Source: Candidatus Zixiibacteriota bacterium
GTDB taxonomy: Bacteria > Zixibacteria > MSB-5A5 > DG-27
Length of the DNA: 64,000 bases
Direction: 5' to 3'
Assembly: GCA_030605835.1 (NCBI GenBank)
Contig: JAUWHO010000042.1
Coordinates: 5,732-69,731, forward strand
The notes under the pieces were generated by a model. It saw only the letters and a program-made list of their open reading frames with translations, did not search any database and had not been told where the DNA came from. Position numbers and translations under genes: made by a program. Below, piece by piece: positions 28,218 to 37,576 of the stretch. The stretch's first letter is position 1. Each line of letters begins with the position of its first letter.

Positions 28218-29345
28218 TCACTCCTCTAACATTTCAACATTCGCTCTGGGGATGATCGCTTTCTCGCCGTTCTCGAACTCCACCTCTAACACCCTGGCAC
28301 GGGATTCCGATTCCAGTTCCTGCAGTGGAGAGGGCAGATCCGAGACCTTCCCTAACCTGCCGAAATAGGGTTGCCGGATCGCCCGCACCGGACTGCCGAC
28401 CGTCAGTCCCGGATTTTCGGCTGCCTCCGCAGCCTCCGATTCAGAGATATCCCCCTTCAGGAGAACGACCACCTCCGGACGGATAACTCCGGCGCGTATT
28501 TGAGTGGCGCCGTTGATGCAGGCCAGTTGTCCCTCCCTGGATTTCAGGAGATTGAAGGTCCTCTCCGCCATCATCATTTCTCCGAAGCCCTCGGTAACCA
28601 CTAAGGTAACACCCAGCTCCTCGGAACCGGTGATGGCCACTCCCAAATCGTGGCCCAAAAAATCGCGCAGATCCTTGTCATCGAAACCACCGACAACCAC
28701 CCCTCTGGCTCCCACCGCTACCGCTTTGTTGATAGCCCCGGCGGTGACCAGGCTGCCTCCTACCACAACCTTCCCCCGGCAGCTCTCGTCAATCTCTTTG
28801 TCGGTGAGGACCGCTTTATTATCGGGGGAGACCATCTTCACCTCCCCGAAAGTCTCTCCACCGATCCCGAAGATCCCTTGGACAAAGGAGCCCCAGGTCT
28901 TGACCTCCACCCCCTCTTCGGGGAAGATCTCCGTCACCTCACCTCTGAGGTAGGCTTTGACCTCCACCGGCACCGGCGCACCCCTCAGAAGCACCTGTCC
29001 GGTGATAGAAGATATGTTCTCGACGCTTCCCGAGATCTTGGCTTTGCAGGTGGAGGTGAAAAGTCCGAAGAAGCTCTTGGTTTTGGCGATAACCTCCCCC
29101 TCTTCCACAGCCTCCCCCCTCTTTTTGGTCATACATTCGGGGACATCTTCTGGGGGAACTCCCAGAATATTGGCGACGTTCACCGGCTCGACATTCCCCG
29201 GGAGATGAGTCCGCGCCACCACCGTATCCGGCTCCACCTTATCGCCGACCTTAACAACCACTTCGCCCTTAAGCGGCAGAATCCTCCTCTTGGTAATCAG
29301 CATCCTATCAGTGACTTTCAGTCCCGGAGTGTATGCATGTGCCAT
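28218..29345 (-). CDS. Hypothetical protein (Gly/Val-rich; function unknown)
   Basis: ORF track 375 aa, ATG start; no family recognised by eye. Confidence 0.4.
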   Translation of the reverse strand: MAHAYTPGLKVTDRMLITKRRILPLKGEVVVKVGDKVEPDTVVARTHLPGNVEPVNVANILGVPPEDVPECMTKKRGEAVEEGEVIAKTKSFFGLFTSTCKAKISGSVENISSITGQVLLRGAPVPVEVKAYLRGEVTEIFPEEGVEVKTWGSFVQGIFGIGGETFGEVKMVSPDNKAVLTDKEIDESCRGKVVVGGSLVTAGAINKAVAVGARGVVVGGFDDKDLRDFLGHDLGVAITGSEELGVTLVVTEGFGEMMMAERTFNLLKSREGQLACINGATQIRAGVIRPEVVVLLKGDISESEAAEAAENPGLTVGSPVRAIRQPYFGRLGKVSDLPSPLQELESESRARVLEVEFENGEKAIIPRANVEMLEE

Positions 29346-29645
29346 AGGTTAACCTCGCCTATTCCAAATGATATCTGTCCTCCGCTTGCCTCTGCCCCTC
29401 GCCCACGTTTCCCCTTTACGATTTCGTCAAGAACTCCACAAGCAATTCGCAATTCATCTTCCTAATATAACGGCGAATCCTTCGCTGTCAACTGAAAGCT
29501 GACTCAGTAACGACAGCGCTTATGTCCTTGACATGAGTTCTGAGGAGCGGGTATATTTGAGATTTGGAGAGTATAGATGACGACCCTCTCGCTCAAGGGG
29601 ACCCGTTTTTGGCGGTGATCATTTGCAGAGGAGTGGAAGCCGAAG

Positions 29646-31328
29646 GTGCAGATTAGATCGGATCTCTTGCTGCCTCTTATCAGGATAGACCAGCATCGAA
29701 GACTGGATTTCCTGGATTTTTCGGGAAAACCGCTGACCTGGTTTGTAATCGGTCTTATCCTACATACCATCGGATTGATATATGTACATTTCTCCCCGGA
29801 TTCGATGCACTTCGTTGACCTCGGGCGGAACTTCGCCCGCGGCCTGGGGCTGGTCACATATAGCCAGAATCTCACTTCAGAATCGATTCCGGACTGGATA
29901 ACGTTCTTCCCACCCCTTTATCCGGTCCTGCTATCAATCGGATTCAAGCTTGGGATGGGAGCCGCCGGGGCGGCCCGCATAGTTTCCCTCACCAGTTTTG
30001 TGATCATTTTCCTATCGGTATATGCATTTGGAAGAAGACTGGTGTCACGAGAGCTTGGGGTGCTCGCCACGGCGTTGTGGGTGATATTGGTGAGCAGGTG
30101 GTCAATCTCCCTGTATGCATGGAGTGATCCACCCTTTGTTGCCTTTTCCCTTCTGTCACTTCTGGTGATGATGAAATCGCTCCAGAAGGAAGAGCATCTC
30201 GTCTATTACTTCGCCCTTGCAGGTCTCCTCAGCGGGCTTGCGGCCTCAACTCGTCTCATCGGCGGGACGTTACTTCCCTGCGGGATTTTGGCTGCCATTC
30301 TCAGTGCCTTTAGGTCTGACAGAGACCGCAAAAGACTATGGTGCGCTGTTAAACTCACCGCGGCGCTCTTGATCGGTTTCATTGTGCCAATGTCGACGTG
30401 GATGATATACAACCGCGTCATGGCCGGATACTTCATGAAAGCACTGAGGATCCCCTCGGAAACAAGTCTGTTCACAAACGTCGCCACCATGACAAAAGGT
30501 ATCTTTTTTGACCTCTGGCCGGTGTTTGCCCTAACGCTCATGACATACCTTTTGGTAGGTGGACTCTCGCTTAAAGGATTTCTAAGTTATTTCCCTGGAA
30601 AAGGCCGGCTGTCCGAAGGGCTCAGGAAGGATATGCTGCTGATAATGTCTTGCTGGATCATCTGTTACTGCGGTCTTCTAATCGTTATAGCCAGCATCGT
30701 GGACATTTATGACATGCGATATCTGAATACAAGACTATTCGTGCCGGTCTACCCATTTCTAATAGTCATCCTGTCGGCAGTGGCTTACCTCACCTACTCA
30801 TCACGATTCAAAGCCTCCCGAATTCCAAGAGTTATCTATACCACTTTTTTTCTGATCGCACTTCTTCTAGCGGGGAAACATCTCTCCTCAGAGATCAAGC
30901 TTTACAGAGAATTGGATTTCGGGAACTGCGAACTCTATGAATGGATAGGTGAGGAGACGAACCCAGACGATCTCTTCATCGGGCGCCGGGTCTGGCACGT
31001 CCGCTTTTACACCGGGCGACCGGTTTTGGGCTCAGGTTATCCGGAGATGCCCCCGTTGATTCCTGAAGCGGTGACGGGATTCTTGAAGAGATTTGAAAAA
31101 AACTACAAGGACGCCTATTTTGTTCTCAGACTGGAGCGGGGCGAGAAGTTCTCACTTGAAGATCTGGAGGCTTACCAGCGAGCGGGATTCGATTTGCACC
31201 GATGTGGGGTTTTCGACTCTTACGAGAAGGAAGTTGAAGTCTATCAAATTGTGAAAATCAGCCACGGGATAACTTCACCAAGCTCGTTGGAATCTCCGCA
31301 AACTCAAGCTGTCTTGAAAGGGAGTTAA
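29646..31328 (+). CDS. Membrane glycosyltransferase, GT39/GT83-like (ArnT/PMT family); start uncertain
   Basis: ORF track 560 aa (first codon GTG); polytopic N-terminal region with FPPLYPVLLSIGF motif and a large C-terminal soluble domain. Confidence 0.55.
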   Translation: MQIRSDLLLPLIRIDQHRRLDFLDFSGKPLTWFVIGLILHTIGLIYVHFSPDSMHFVDLGRNFARGLGLVTYSQNLTSESIPDWITFFPPLYPVLLSIGFKLGMGAAGAARIVSLTSFVIIFLSVYAFGRRLVSRELGVLATALWVILVSRWSISLYAWSDPPFVAFSLLSLLVMMKSLQKEEHLVYYFALAGLLSGLAASTRLIGGTLLPCGILAAILSAFRSDRDRKRLWCAVKLTAALLIGFIVPMSTWMIYNRVMAGYFMKALRIPSETSLFTNVATMTKGIFFDLWPVFALTLMTYLLVGGLSLKGFLSYFPGKGRLSEGLRKDMLLIMSCWIICYCGLLIVIASIVDIYDMRYLNTRLFVPVYPFLIVILSAVAYLTYSSRFKASRIPRVIYTTFFLIALLLAGKHLSSEIKLYRELDFGNCELYEWIGEETNPDDLFIGRRVWHVRFYTGRPVLGSGYPEMPPLIPEAVTGFLKRFEKNYKDAYFVLRLERGEKFSLEDLEAYQRAGFDLHRCGVFDSYEKEVEVYQIVKISHGITSPSSLESPQTQAVLKGS

Positions 31329-31352
31329 CAGATTCATTGATTAAGAGCTCTA

Positions 31353-32558
31353 TTAAACAGCCTTTGGTCTTATCCAAGCATATATCTTAAGCAGAGCCGC
31401 CGCCACCAGCATCATCTCCAGAGGGATAAGAGGCATCCGATAGCGGTATAACCCCAACATTAACACATGCACCACCGAGAAGTATCCACAAATAAGGAGG
31501 AAAATAGGCAGTCTCCGCCAGTAGAAGATAACGCCGAGGAGAAAAAAGAGGAAAATCAGAGTTTCGAAGAAAGCCCAACTCTTGATGAGGAGAGGTTTGG
31601 AGTCCGCAAGCTCCCCGAACTCGGTGGAATTCCACTCCCCCCAGAATTTCCCCATCCAGAAACGCCGGAACTTTTTGGGCCACAAACCCATAATTTGAAG
31701 GGGGTGTTCTTTAATATTTCTTAAAGCATCCTCAATTAGAACCTCATCCACTTCTATCTGGGTCTTTTGATCTTTGACCACCTCCCACATCGGGGGATAA
31801 CGTAAACCTACCCAGTTACCGTCGGCGGAGAGGTCGTTCCCGGGCCAGAGCACAAATCCCAGACCGATGTTGACCGGGATGAACCTGTGAAACTGCAGGT
31901 AATTTCTGAGAGTCCAGGGCGAGACCACCAAATAAGCCACCACAACGTACAGAATTGAAAAAGTGACAGTCTTTTTACTTATCCCCTTTGAAATTAGAAG
32001 ATAAATCCCGTAGAGGGGAGGCAAAAGTAAAAGGACGCTTTTCAACAAGGAGGCGATCCCGGTCACGACTCCGACCAAGACTGCACTAGTAAGCTTCAGA
32101 CTTTTAGCCGATGAAGAAAGCAAATAATAGATGACCACCAGGTAAAGCACGAGCATTATGTCGAGGTAAATAAAATGTTCATATATGGTGAAGGGAAGAT
32201 AAAAAACTATAAGGGCTAAACTTAAAAGAGCGGTTTTCTCATCAAAAATTCTTCTTGCGATTAAAAAAATTATATACCCACTTAAACAGGTCATCAACGA
32301 CTGCAGAATGAAAACTAGAATGTGTGTTTCTCCAAACAGGAGAAAGATCCCCGCCAGAAAGAAGGGATATATGGGCCCTCTGAAGATTGTCGGTTTGCCG
32401 TCGGCATCGATAAAGCCCTCCCCAGAAACCAAAGAGTTGGCTATATGGACGTAACCGACGGCATCGTCCTCGATGACGGTGGGAAAGAAGACGTGGAAGC
32501 CGAGCTTCAGGATAAAGCCCACCAACAATATGATTGCAACTTTGTGGTTAAACTTCAA
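31353..32558 (-). CDS. Membrane glycosyltransferase, GT39/GT83-like (ArnT/PMT family)
   Basis: ORF track 401 aa (TTG start); polytopic; ...ADGKPTIFRGPIYPFFLAGIFLLFG loop motif typical of polyprenyl-phosphate-sugar-dependent transferases. Confidence 0.6.
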   Translation of the reverse strand: MKFNHKVAIILLVGFILKLGFHVFFPTVIEDDAVGYVHIANSLVSGEGFIDADGKPTIFRGPIYPFFLAGIFLLFGETHILVFILQSLMTCLSGYIIFLIARRIFDEKTALLSLALIVFYLPFTIYEHFIYLDIMLVLYLVVIYYLLSSSAKSLKLTSAVLVGVVTGIASLLKSVLLLLPPLYGIYLLISKGISKKTVTFSILYVVVAYLVVSPWTLRNYLQFHRFIPVNIGLGFVLWPGNDLSADGNWVGLRYPPMWEVVKDQKTQIEVDEVLIEDALRNIKEHPLQIMGLWPKKFRRFWMGKFWGEWNSTEFGELADSKPLLIKSWAFFETLIFLFFLLGVIFYWRRLPIFLLICGYFSVVHVLMLGLYRYRMPLIPLEMMLVAAALLKIYAWIRPKAV

Positions 32559-32582
32559 GTCCCAAAGGATCCTTCGGAGAAG

Positions 32583-33302
32583 CTATTTCTTGCCCGCCGT
32601 TCGCCGGAGGCGACCTGCTCCTGGCAGAAGACGATATTTTATCAAGGTAAATATCGCCTTCAGACCATCACGCCAGTTGACTTTCTTTCCCTCTTTGAAG
32701 GAACGAGGGAAGTATTTGATCGGCACCTCCTCGATCCGGTAGCCAGCTCTCAACAGCTTGGCGGTGACTTCTGGTTCCCACTCGAAACCATCCCCCTCAA
32801 TCTTCAGCTTGCTTATGACCTCCCTCCTGAAGGCTTTGTAACAGGTGGGCTCATCCGTAAGTCTGGAGGAAAACAGCAGGTTTGCGATCTTTGTGATTAG
32901 AACTCCCCCCAAATAATATCTGAAGTAGGAATGTCGTTTCTCCTTTTCCAGGTTTCTAGAACCGTAGACGACCTCAACCCCATCGGCTTTGAATTTGTCC
33001 AATATGGGAATGAAGTCCTGAGGGTCGTACTCCAAATCGGCATCTTGAACGATCACCACCTCCCCGGTGGCAACCTTCAAGCCGGACCTAAAGGCTCTCC
33101 CCTTGCCGTAATTTCGGGGGTGATTTATCAGTTTGATGTTGTGCCGCTCGGTGAGCTCTCGAAGAATCTCGGGCGAACGGTCGCTGGAGCCATCGTTCAC
33201 CACAATTATCTCCTTCTCCACCGGAACCTGAGAGACCCTCAAAAGCAGCGCTTCGATCGTCTTCTCTTCGTTGTAACAGGGGATAATTACGGACAGCTTC
33301 AA
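32583..33302 (-). CDS. Glycosyltransferase family 2 (polyprenyl-phosphate sugar synthase-like, GtrB/DPM1-type)
   Basis: ORF track 239 aa; LSVIIPCYNEE, VVNDGSSD, VIVQDADLEY, VYGSR motifs of GT2 synthases; 24 bp upstream of the GT39-like gene. Confidence 0.85.
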   Translation of the reverse strand: MKLSVIIPCYNEEKTIEALLLRVSQVPVEKEIIVVNDGSSDRSPEILRELTERHNIKLINHPRNYGKGRAFRSGLKVATGEVVIVQDADLEYDPQDFIPILDKFKADGVEVVYGSRNLEKEKRHSYFRYYLGGVLITKIANLLFSSRLTDEPTCYKAFRREVISKLKIEGDGFEWEPEVTAKLLRAGYRIEEVPIKYFPRSFKEGKKVNWRDGLKAIFTLIKYRLLPGAGRLRRTAGKK

Positions 33303-33369
33303 AGGAGTGACGCCTATTTACAGAGTGTATCCTATACTCCCACTAACCCCGTGTAGCTTTCTTGGAGAA

Positions 33370-35211
33370 TCAGAATTCCTCTAATGCCTCTTTGGGGTAG
33401 ACATCGAGCTCGGTCATCCACTCCTTGAGCTTTCCCACCCGTTCTGAGGCTTCCCTGGGGAGCTTGAAGGGGCGACCGCGCCCGTCTAAGACGATGCCCA
33501 CCACACCCCCGGAAAGCTCCAGTTCCCACTTACTCCCTTTGCCCCTTCCGATGTCGAAGCCCCTTTCGGGATCCAGCATCGCCTTGGCTTTCAAGGGCAG
33601 ATCCTTCTCATCGAACCCCAGGGGGATCAGTTTCATCTCCCCATATGTGAGCTTCCCCTCCGCTATCTGTCCGGTGGGCAACTCGATCCGATAGCCGAGC
33701 ATATCCTTCCCCTCCTTGCCCTCGCCGGCAGGTGCGACGCAGGTTCCCAGATGAATAAGGCAGTCCTTCCTGAAGACCTCCAGAGCCGCCTGAGGGTGGA
33801 CTTCAGAAAGTACTCCCAACTGCGGCATCATGAAGATCGAATCGACCGCCAGACGGGTGACCCCCTCCGGGAGGAAGCCGTCTATGAGCATCATCGCCGC
33901 CTGCTGGCGCCGGGGGGCGTGAGACAACACCCCTCCACTGCCGATCAGCATATCCAAAGACATCATATTCACCAGGGTCTGACCGGAGATTGTTTGCTCG
34001 AAAGCGTCGGCGATGGTTCTCTGTTGCTGCACGCCTTTGAGCATGGTGGCAAAGGATTTATGTTGGATGAAAGCCAACCTCAAAGCCTCCTTGGCAATGG
34101 CCTGTTCGAAGATCAACTCCTCCAACATCTGCGGGATGGTGGTAGGTCGAATCATCTTGTTTTTGATCCGATTTCTCAAATCCCGCTCATCCATGTCGAA
34201 GGGAACCCACCTCATCACGTTGGGAAGACCAGTCTCCGCGAAGACGTTGGAGACCGAGTAGCTCATCCCCAGATTGGCGGAGACGGTGCGATTGAATATA
34301 CCCTGGAAAACCGAGAAAATGTCGGTGGTGGCACCTCCGATATCCACTCCCACCACTTCGATCCCCTCCTCGTCGGCGATACGTTTCATGATCATTCCCA
34401 CCGCCCCCGGGGTGGGCATAATGGGAGCATCAGTCCAGGTCATCAGCTTGCTGTAGCCGGGAGCCTGGGCCATAACATGTTCCATGAAGAGATCGTGGAT
34501 CTTCTCCCTGGCAGGGAGGAGATTCTCTCGCTCCAGCACCGGGCGGATATTCTCGACTATGTCTAAGGAGACTTTTCCATCGAGGGTCTCTTTGATCGCT
34601 TTCCGGGCTTCAATGTTGCCGGCGTATATGACCGGCAGTTGGTATCCGCTTCCCAGGCGGGGTCTGGGATCTGCGGCGGAAACCAACTCCGCCAACTCCA
34701 CCACGTGGGTGGTGGTGCCGCCGTCAATCCCACCGGAGAGGAGAATCATGTCCGGCCTTAAGTGACGGATGCGTTCGATCTGCTGGTGAGGAAGTCTCTT
34801 GTCGTTGGAGGCGATAACGTCCATGACGATGGCGCCGGCACCCAGGGCGGCTCGCTCGGCGCTCTCGGCGGTCATGGAGCGAACCACTCCCGCCACCATC
34901 ATCTGAAGCCCTCCTCCGGCGGAGGAGGTCGAGATGTAGATATCGCTTCCTTCATTGCCATCAGTGGCTTCGAGAATCTTGCCTTTTTCGTCCAGGAGTT
35001 TTCTGCCGGAGAGCTCCTCCACCTCCCCGACGGCATTCAGAACCCCCATGGTGACATCCTCGAAGGGAGCTTCGACCGTTGTCGGAGCCTCCCCCCTGAC
35101 GATAAGACGGTATTCGCCGTCCCGTTTCTCGATCAGAATCGCCTTGGTGGTAGTGGAACCGCAATCGGTTGCCAGGATTACGTTAATATCTTCAGGTCTT
35201 ATCTCTTTCAC
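33370..35211 (-). CDS. ASKHA-superfamily ATPase (GlmL/MutL-like)
   Basis: ORF track 613 aa (GTG start); phosphate-1 motif ILATDCGSTTTKA and phosphate-2 motif GVDIGGATTDIFSV, indicating an actin/Hsp70-like ATPase fold; exact family not certain. Confidence 0.5.
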   Translation of the reverse strand: MKEIRPEDINVILATDCGSTTTKAILIEKRDGEYRLIVRGEAPTTVEAPFEDVTMGVLNAVGEVEELSGRKLLDEKGKILEATDGNEGSDIYISTSSAGGGLQMMVAGVVRSMTAESAERAALGAGAIVMDVIASNDKRLPHQQIERIRHLRPDMILLSGGIDGGTTTHVVELAELVSAADPRPRLGSGYQLPVIYAGNIEARKAIKETLDGKVSLDIVENIRPVLERENLLPAREKIHDLFMEHVMAQAPGYSKLMTWTDAPIMPTPGAVGMIMKRIADEEGIEVVGVDIGGATTDIFSVFQGIFNRTVSANLGMSYSVSNVFAETGLPNVMRWVPFDMDERDLRNRIKNKMIRPTTIPQMLEELIFEQAIAKEALRLAFIQHKSFATMLKGVQQQRTIADAFEQTISGQTLVNMMSLDMLIGSGGVLSHAPRRQQAAMMLIDGFLPEGVTRLAVDSIFMMPQLGVLSEVHPQAALEVFRKDCLIHLGTCVAPAGEGKEGKDMLGYRIELPTGQIAEGKLTYGEMKLIPLGFDEKDLPLKAKAMLDPERGFDIGRGKGSKWELELSGGVVGIVLDGRGRPFKLPREASERVGKLKEWMTELDVYPKEALEEF

Positions 35212-35387
35212 ATAATACCTCTGGAGAATATTTCCTTCATCTCAAGTTCAATTCATATGTCACCAGGCTCCGGGGCAGACTCACTCCGACAGCAAGGTTC
35301 ACTTGCTGAAAGTGACGCTCAGAAGGCACCCTCGCCGCCATCCTTCAAACCGAAAGCCGGCAACAGAACTCCCCTGCCACAAAAGCT

Positions 35388-36191
35388 CTATGGAAATCTC
35401 TTTCTGTTTTCGTTCTCCTCCTTCTCAGGAGCCGAACTCTCTTCGTCGCTTTTGCCCTCACCCTCCGCCGGCGAAGAAGACTCCTCCACCTTATCCCCCG
35501 GACTTCCAGTGAAAGTGTACGATTCTCGGGGAGTAGAAGGTCCTTGGCCTGGTGTTTGGGAACCGCCGCCTTCCGATGGTGAGTGATACGGCGAGTAAGT
35601 CCTCTCCCCGCCTGGCCGACTTGGCGAACCGTAATCGTTGCGGTAAGTGCGAGTGTAATCCTGTTCCTCCGCTCGGCGCGGTCTGCTTCTGATCTTCTCG
35701 AAGTGGCCTCGCATCTCTCGCAGATTTACGAAGTGGTGTCCGACCGCGTTTCTCAACTCCAGGGCGGTCATGGTGTCGACCGCGACCACCATCACCTTCT
35801 TGCCCCGGCTCCGCAAGAGCTCCACTGCTCGTTCGAAGTCGCCATCCCCGGAAAAAAGTATGGCGGTATCATAATGGTTGATGGTGTTGAAGATATCGAT
35901 GACGATTTCGACGTCGAGGTTGGATTTGACCACCTCCCGGCCACTCTTGCGGTCCCACATGCTTTTTATCTTTTTGATGCGGACGGTGAAGCCCATCCTC
36001 ATCAAGGCTTTGAAGAAATCCTCCCTCTCGGAACCGAAGTCGCCATCGTAACCGGTGTAATAAAAAGCATTAACTAATTCCTTCCCTTTTGTGAAATACT
36101 GCAGGATCTTGTTGTACTCGAAATGCCATCCTAACTCTCTTTGAGAATAGAACATGTTGGAGCCGTCGACGAATATTGACACTTTCTCCAT
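35388..36191 (-). CDS. NYN-domain (LabA-like, PIN-like) protein with disordered Ser/Pro/Gly/Glu-rich tail
   Basis: ORF track 267 aa; IFVDGSNMFYSQ...AILFSGDGDFERAVELLRSRGKKVMVVA matches the NYN/LabA core; strong GGAGGT SD. Confidence 0.8.
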   Translation of the reverse strand: MEKVSIFVDGSNMFYSQRELGWHFEYNKILQYFTKGKELVNAFYYTGYDGDFGSEREDFFKALMRMGFTVRIKKIKSMWDRKSGREVVKSNLDVEIVIDIFNTINHYDTAILFSGDGDFERAVELLRSRGKKVMVVAVDTMTALELRNAVGHHFVNLREMRGHFEKIRSRPRRAEEQDYTRTYRNDYGSPSRPGGERTYSPYHSPSEGGGSQTPGQGPSTPRESYTFTGSPGDKVEESSSPAEGEGKSDEESSAPEKEENENRKRFP

Positions 36192-36327
36192 TTTACCTTA
36201 CCTCCGGTAACTCAGACATTAGCTTCGCGGGTTTCATAGTTTTTCAGTTTGTCTTTTATGATCTCTCCTTTCTTATCTCTCTCTGATTGTGATGAGTGAT
36301 TTCAGAAATCACCTGGATTTCCAGAGG

Positions 36328-36735
36328 TCACTCCATTCCCAGGAGCCTCTTGAATGAGAAACTCCTCTTTTCAGTTTTCCTCAAAAGCTTCGCCTCCTTC
36401 TTTCTCTTTTTTTCCTCCTCGTAGGCTTCGGCGTCGAACTTCTCAATCCTCTGGAGCAGTCTCTCGACATTCTCCCTTCTCTCCATCATCTGTTGAAACT
36501 CGCTATACTCCGGAAGGTTGAACAGAGCGTGCACGAACGGCTCGAAGAAGACCATCACCTGGCTGCCGAGGTAACTTAAAGGCTTAACCGATTCCAAGAA
36601 CATGATCGCCGGCACCGCCATCTTCCACTGCACCACCTTCTTAGAGATCTTGTCTAAGATTTCCTCCTGCTTGGGGCTGAGCGTCTCCTCTATCTCTTTT
36701 TGGTCGCTGCCGAAGAAGAACGGTCCTTTAAGCAT
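36328..36735 (-). CDS. Hypothetical protein
   Basis: ORF track 135 aa; ATG with AAAGAGG upstream; 8-bp overlap with the upstream ORF. Confidence 0.4.
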   Translation of the reverse strand: MLKGPFFFGSDQKEIEETLSPKQEEILDKISKKVVQWKMAVPAIMFLESVKPLSYLGSQVMVFFEPFVHALFNLPEYSEFQQMMERRENVERLLQRIEKFDAEAYEEEKKRKKEAKLLRKTEKRSFSFKRLLGME

Positions 36736-37138
36736 CCTCTTTTTCCATTTTCTCTTTTATAAAGCTCAAAACCGCCTCTTTGTTCCCTTCGAAGCGTATG
36801 TAAACCCCCCGGAACGATTCCAGCCGGGAGGGACGCGGGAAGGGACTTAAGAGCACCCCGTTCTTGTCGGGGTAATAACTTCGATAGGAAGTCCAGCTTT
36901 TCTCCATAGATCTGAAGACATAACTGACCTTCACATTGTCCTCGGTCAACTCATACCTGGTTGGGAGATAGAACGGAGACAGCGAACCCAACATTATGAC
37001 GACCGACAGCACTAAAAAAAGCACACTGTTTGTGATAATATATACAACTGCCCACAGAATCACAAGAAAAACTGAGACCAAAACCGACTTGCGCAGGTTC
37101 CTTTTGACCGGATGCGAGACCCAGCTTAGCTTCTCCAC
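36728..37138 (-). CDS. Hypothetical membrane protein
   Basis: ORF track 136 aa; two predicted TM helices (VLVSVFLVILWAVVYIITNSVLFLVLSVVIMLG). Confidence 0.4.
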   Translation of the reverse strand: MEKLSWVSHPVKRNLRKSVLVSVFLVILWAVVYIITNSVLFLVLSVVIMLGSLSPFYLPTRYELTEDNVKVSYVFRSMEKSWTSYRSYYPDKNGVLLSPFPRPSRLESFRGVYIRFEGNKEAVLSFIKEKMEKEDA

Positions 37139-37141
37139 CGG

Positions 37142-37432
37142 TTATTTCTCCGCCGAGGGCCTGCCCGAGGCAGACGAGGGTGGATCCGACTCCGTCGGAG
37201 ATCCCCTCTGTTTCTCGAACTCCTTCTCGTCCTTGTATCTCTCCTGTCTGACCTTGTTTAAGAGTTCCCAGAACTCCTTGGGGTCGATGATCTTTTTTTC
37301 GACCAGGAGACGAACCAGAGTCTCCTGAGCCAGATTGGTGGATAAGACCAACTCCTCGTAGCTCACCTCTCTTACGGTGTCCCCCATAACTACTTTGAGG
37401 AGTGGCCTTTTACCTTGAGTTTCAGCTGACAT
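37142..37432 (-). CDS. Hypothetical protein
   Basis: ORF track 96 aa; ATG with AAGGAAG upstream; first of three tightly packed small ORFs. Confidence 0.4.
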   Translation of the reverse strand: MSAETQGKRPLLKVVMGDTVREVSYEELVLSTNLAQETLVRLLVEKKIIDPKEFWELLNKVRQERYKDEKEFEKQRGSPTESDPPSSASGRPSAEK

Positions 37433-37576
37433 AGTCTTCCTTACTTAATTGACCTTCTTTTGAGAACTACCCGGAGGCCCGCAAAGGGCGCCTTTTCGTT
37501 ATGACTTCTGAGTTGCCCTATTTCAGTTGGACTTCTGTGCGAATACGTTCTCCCCTGCTGCCAGGTCGTGGTCAGC

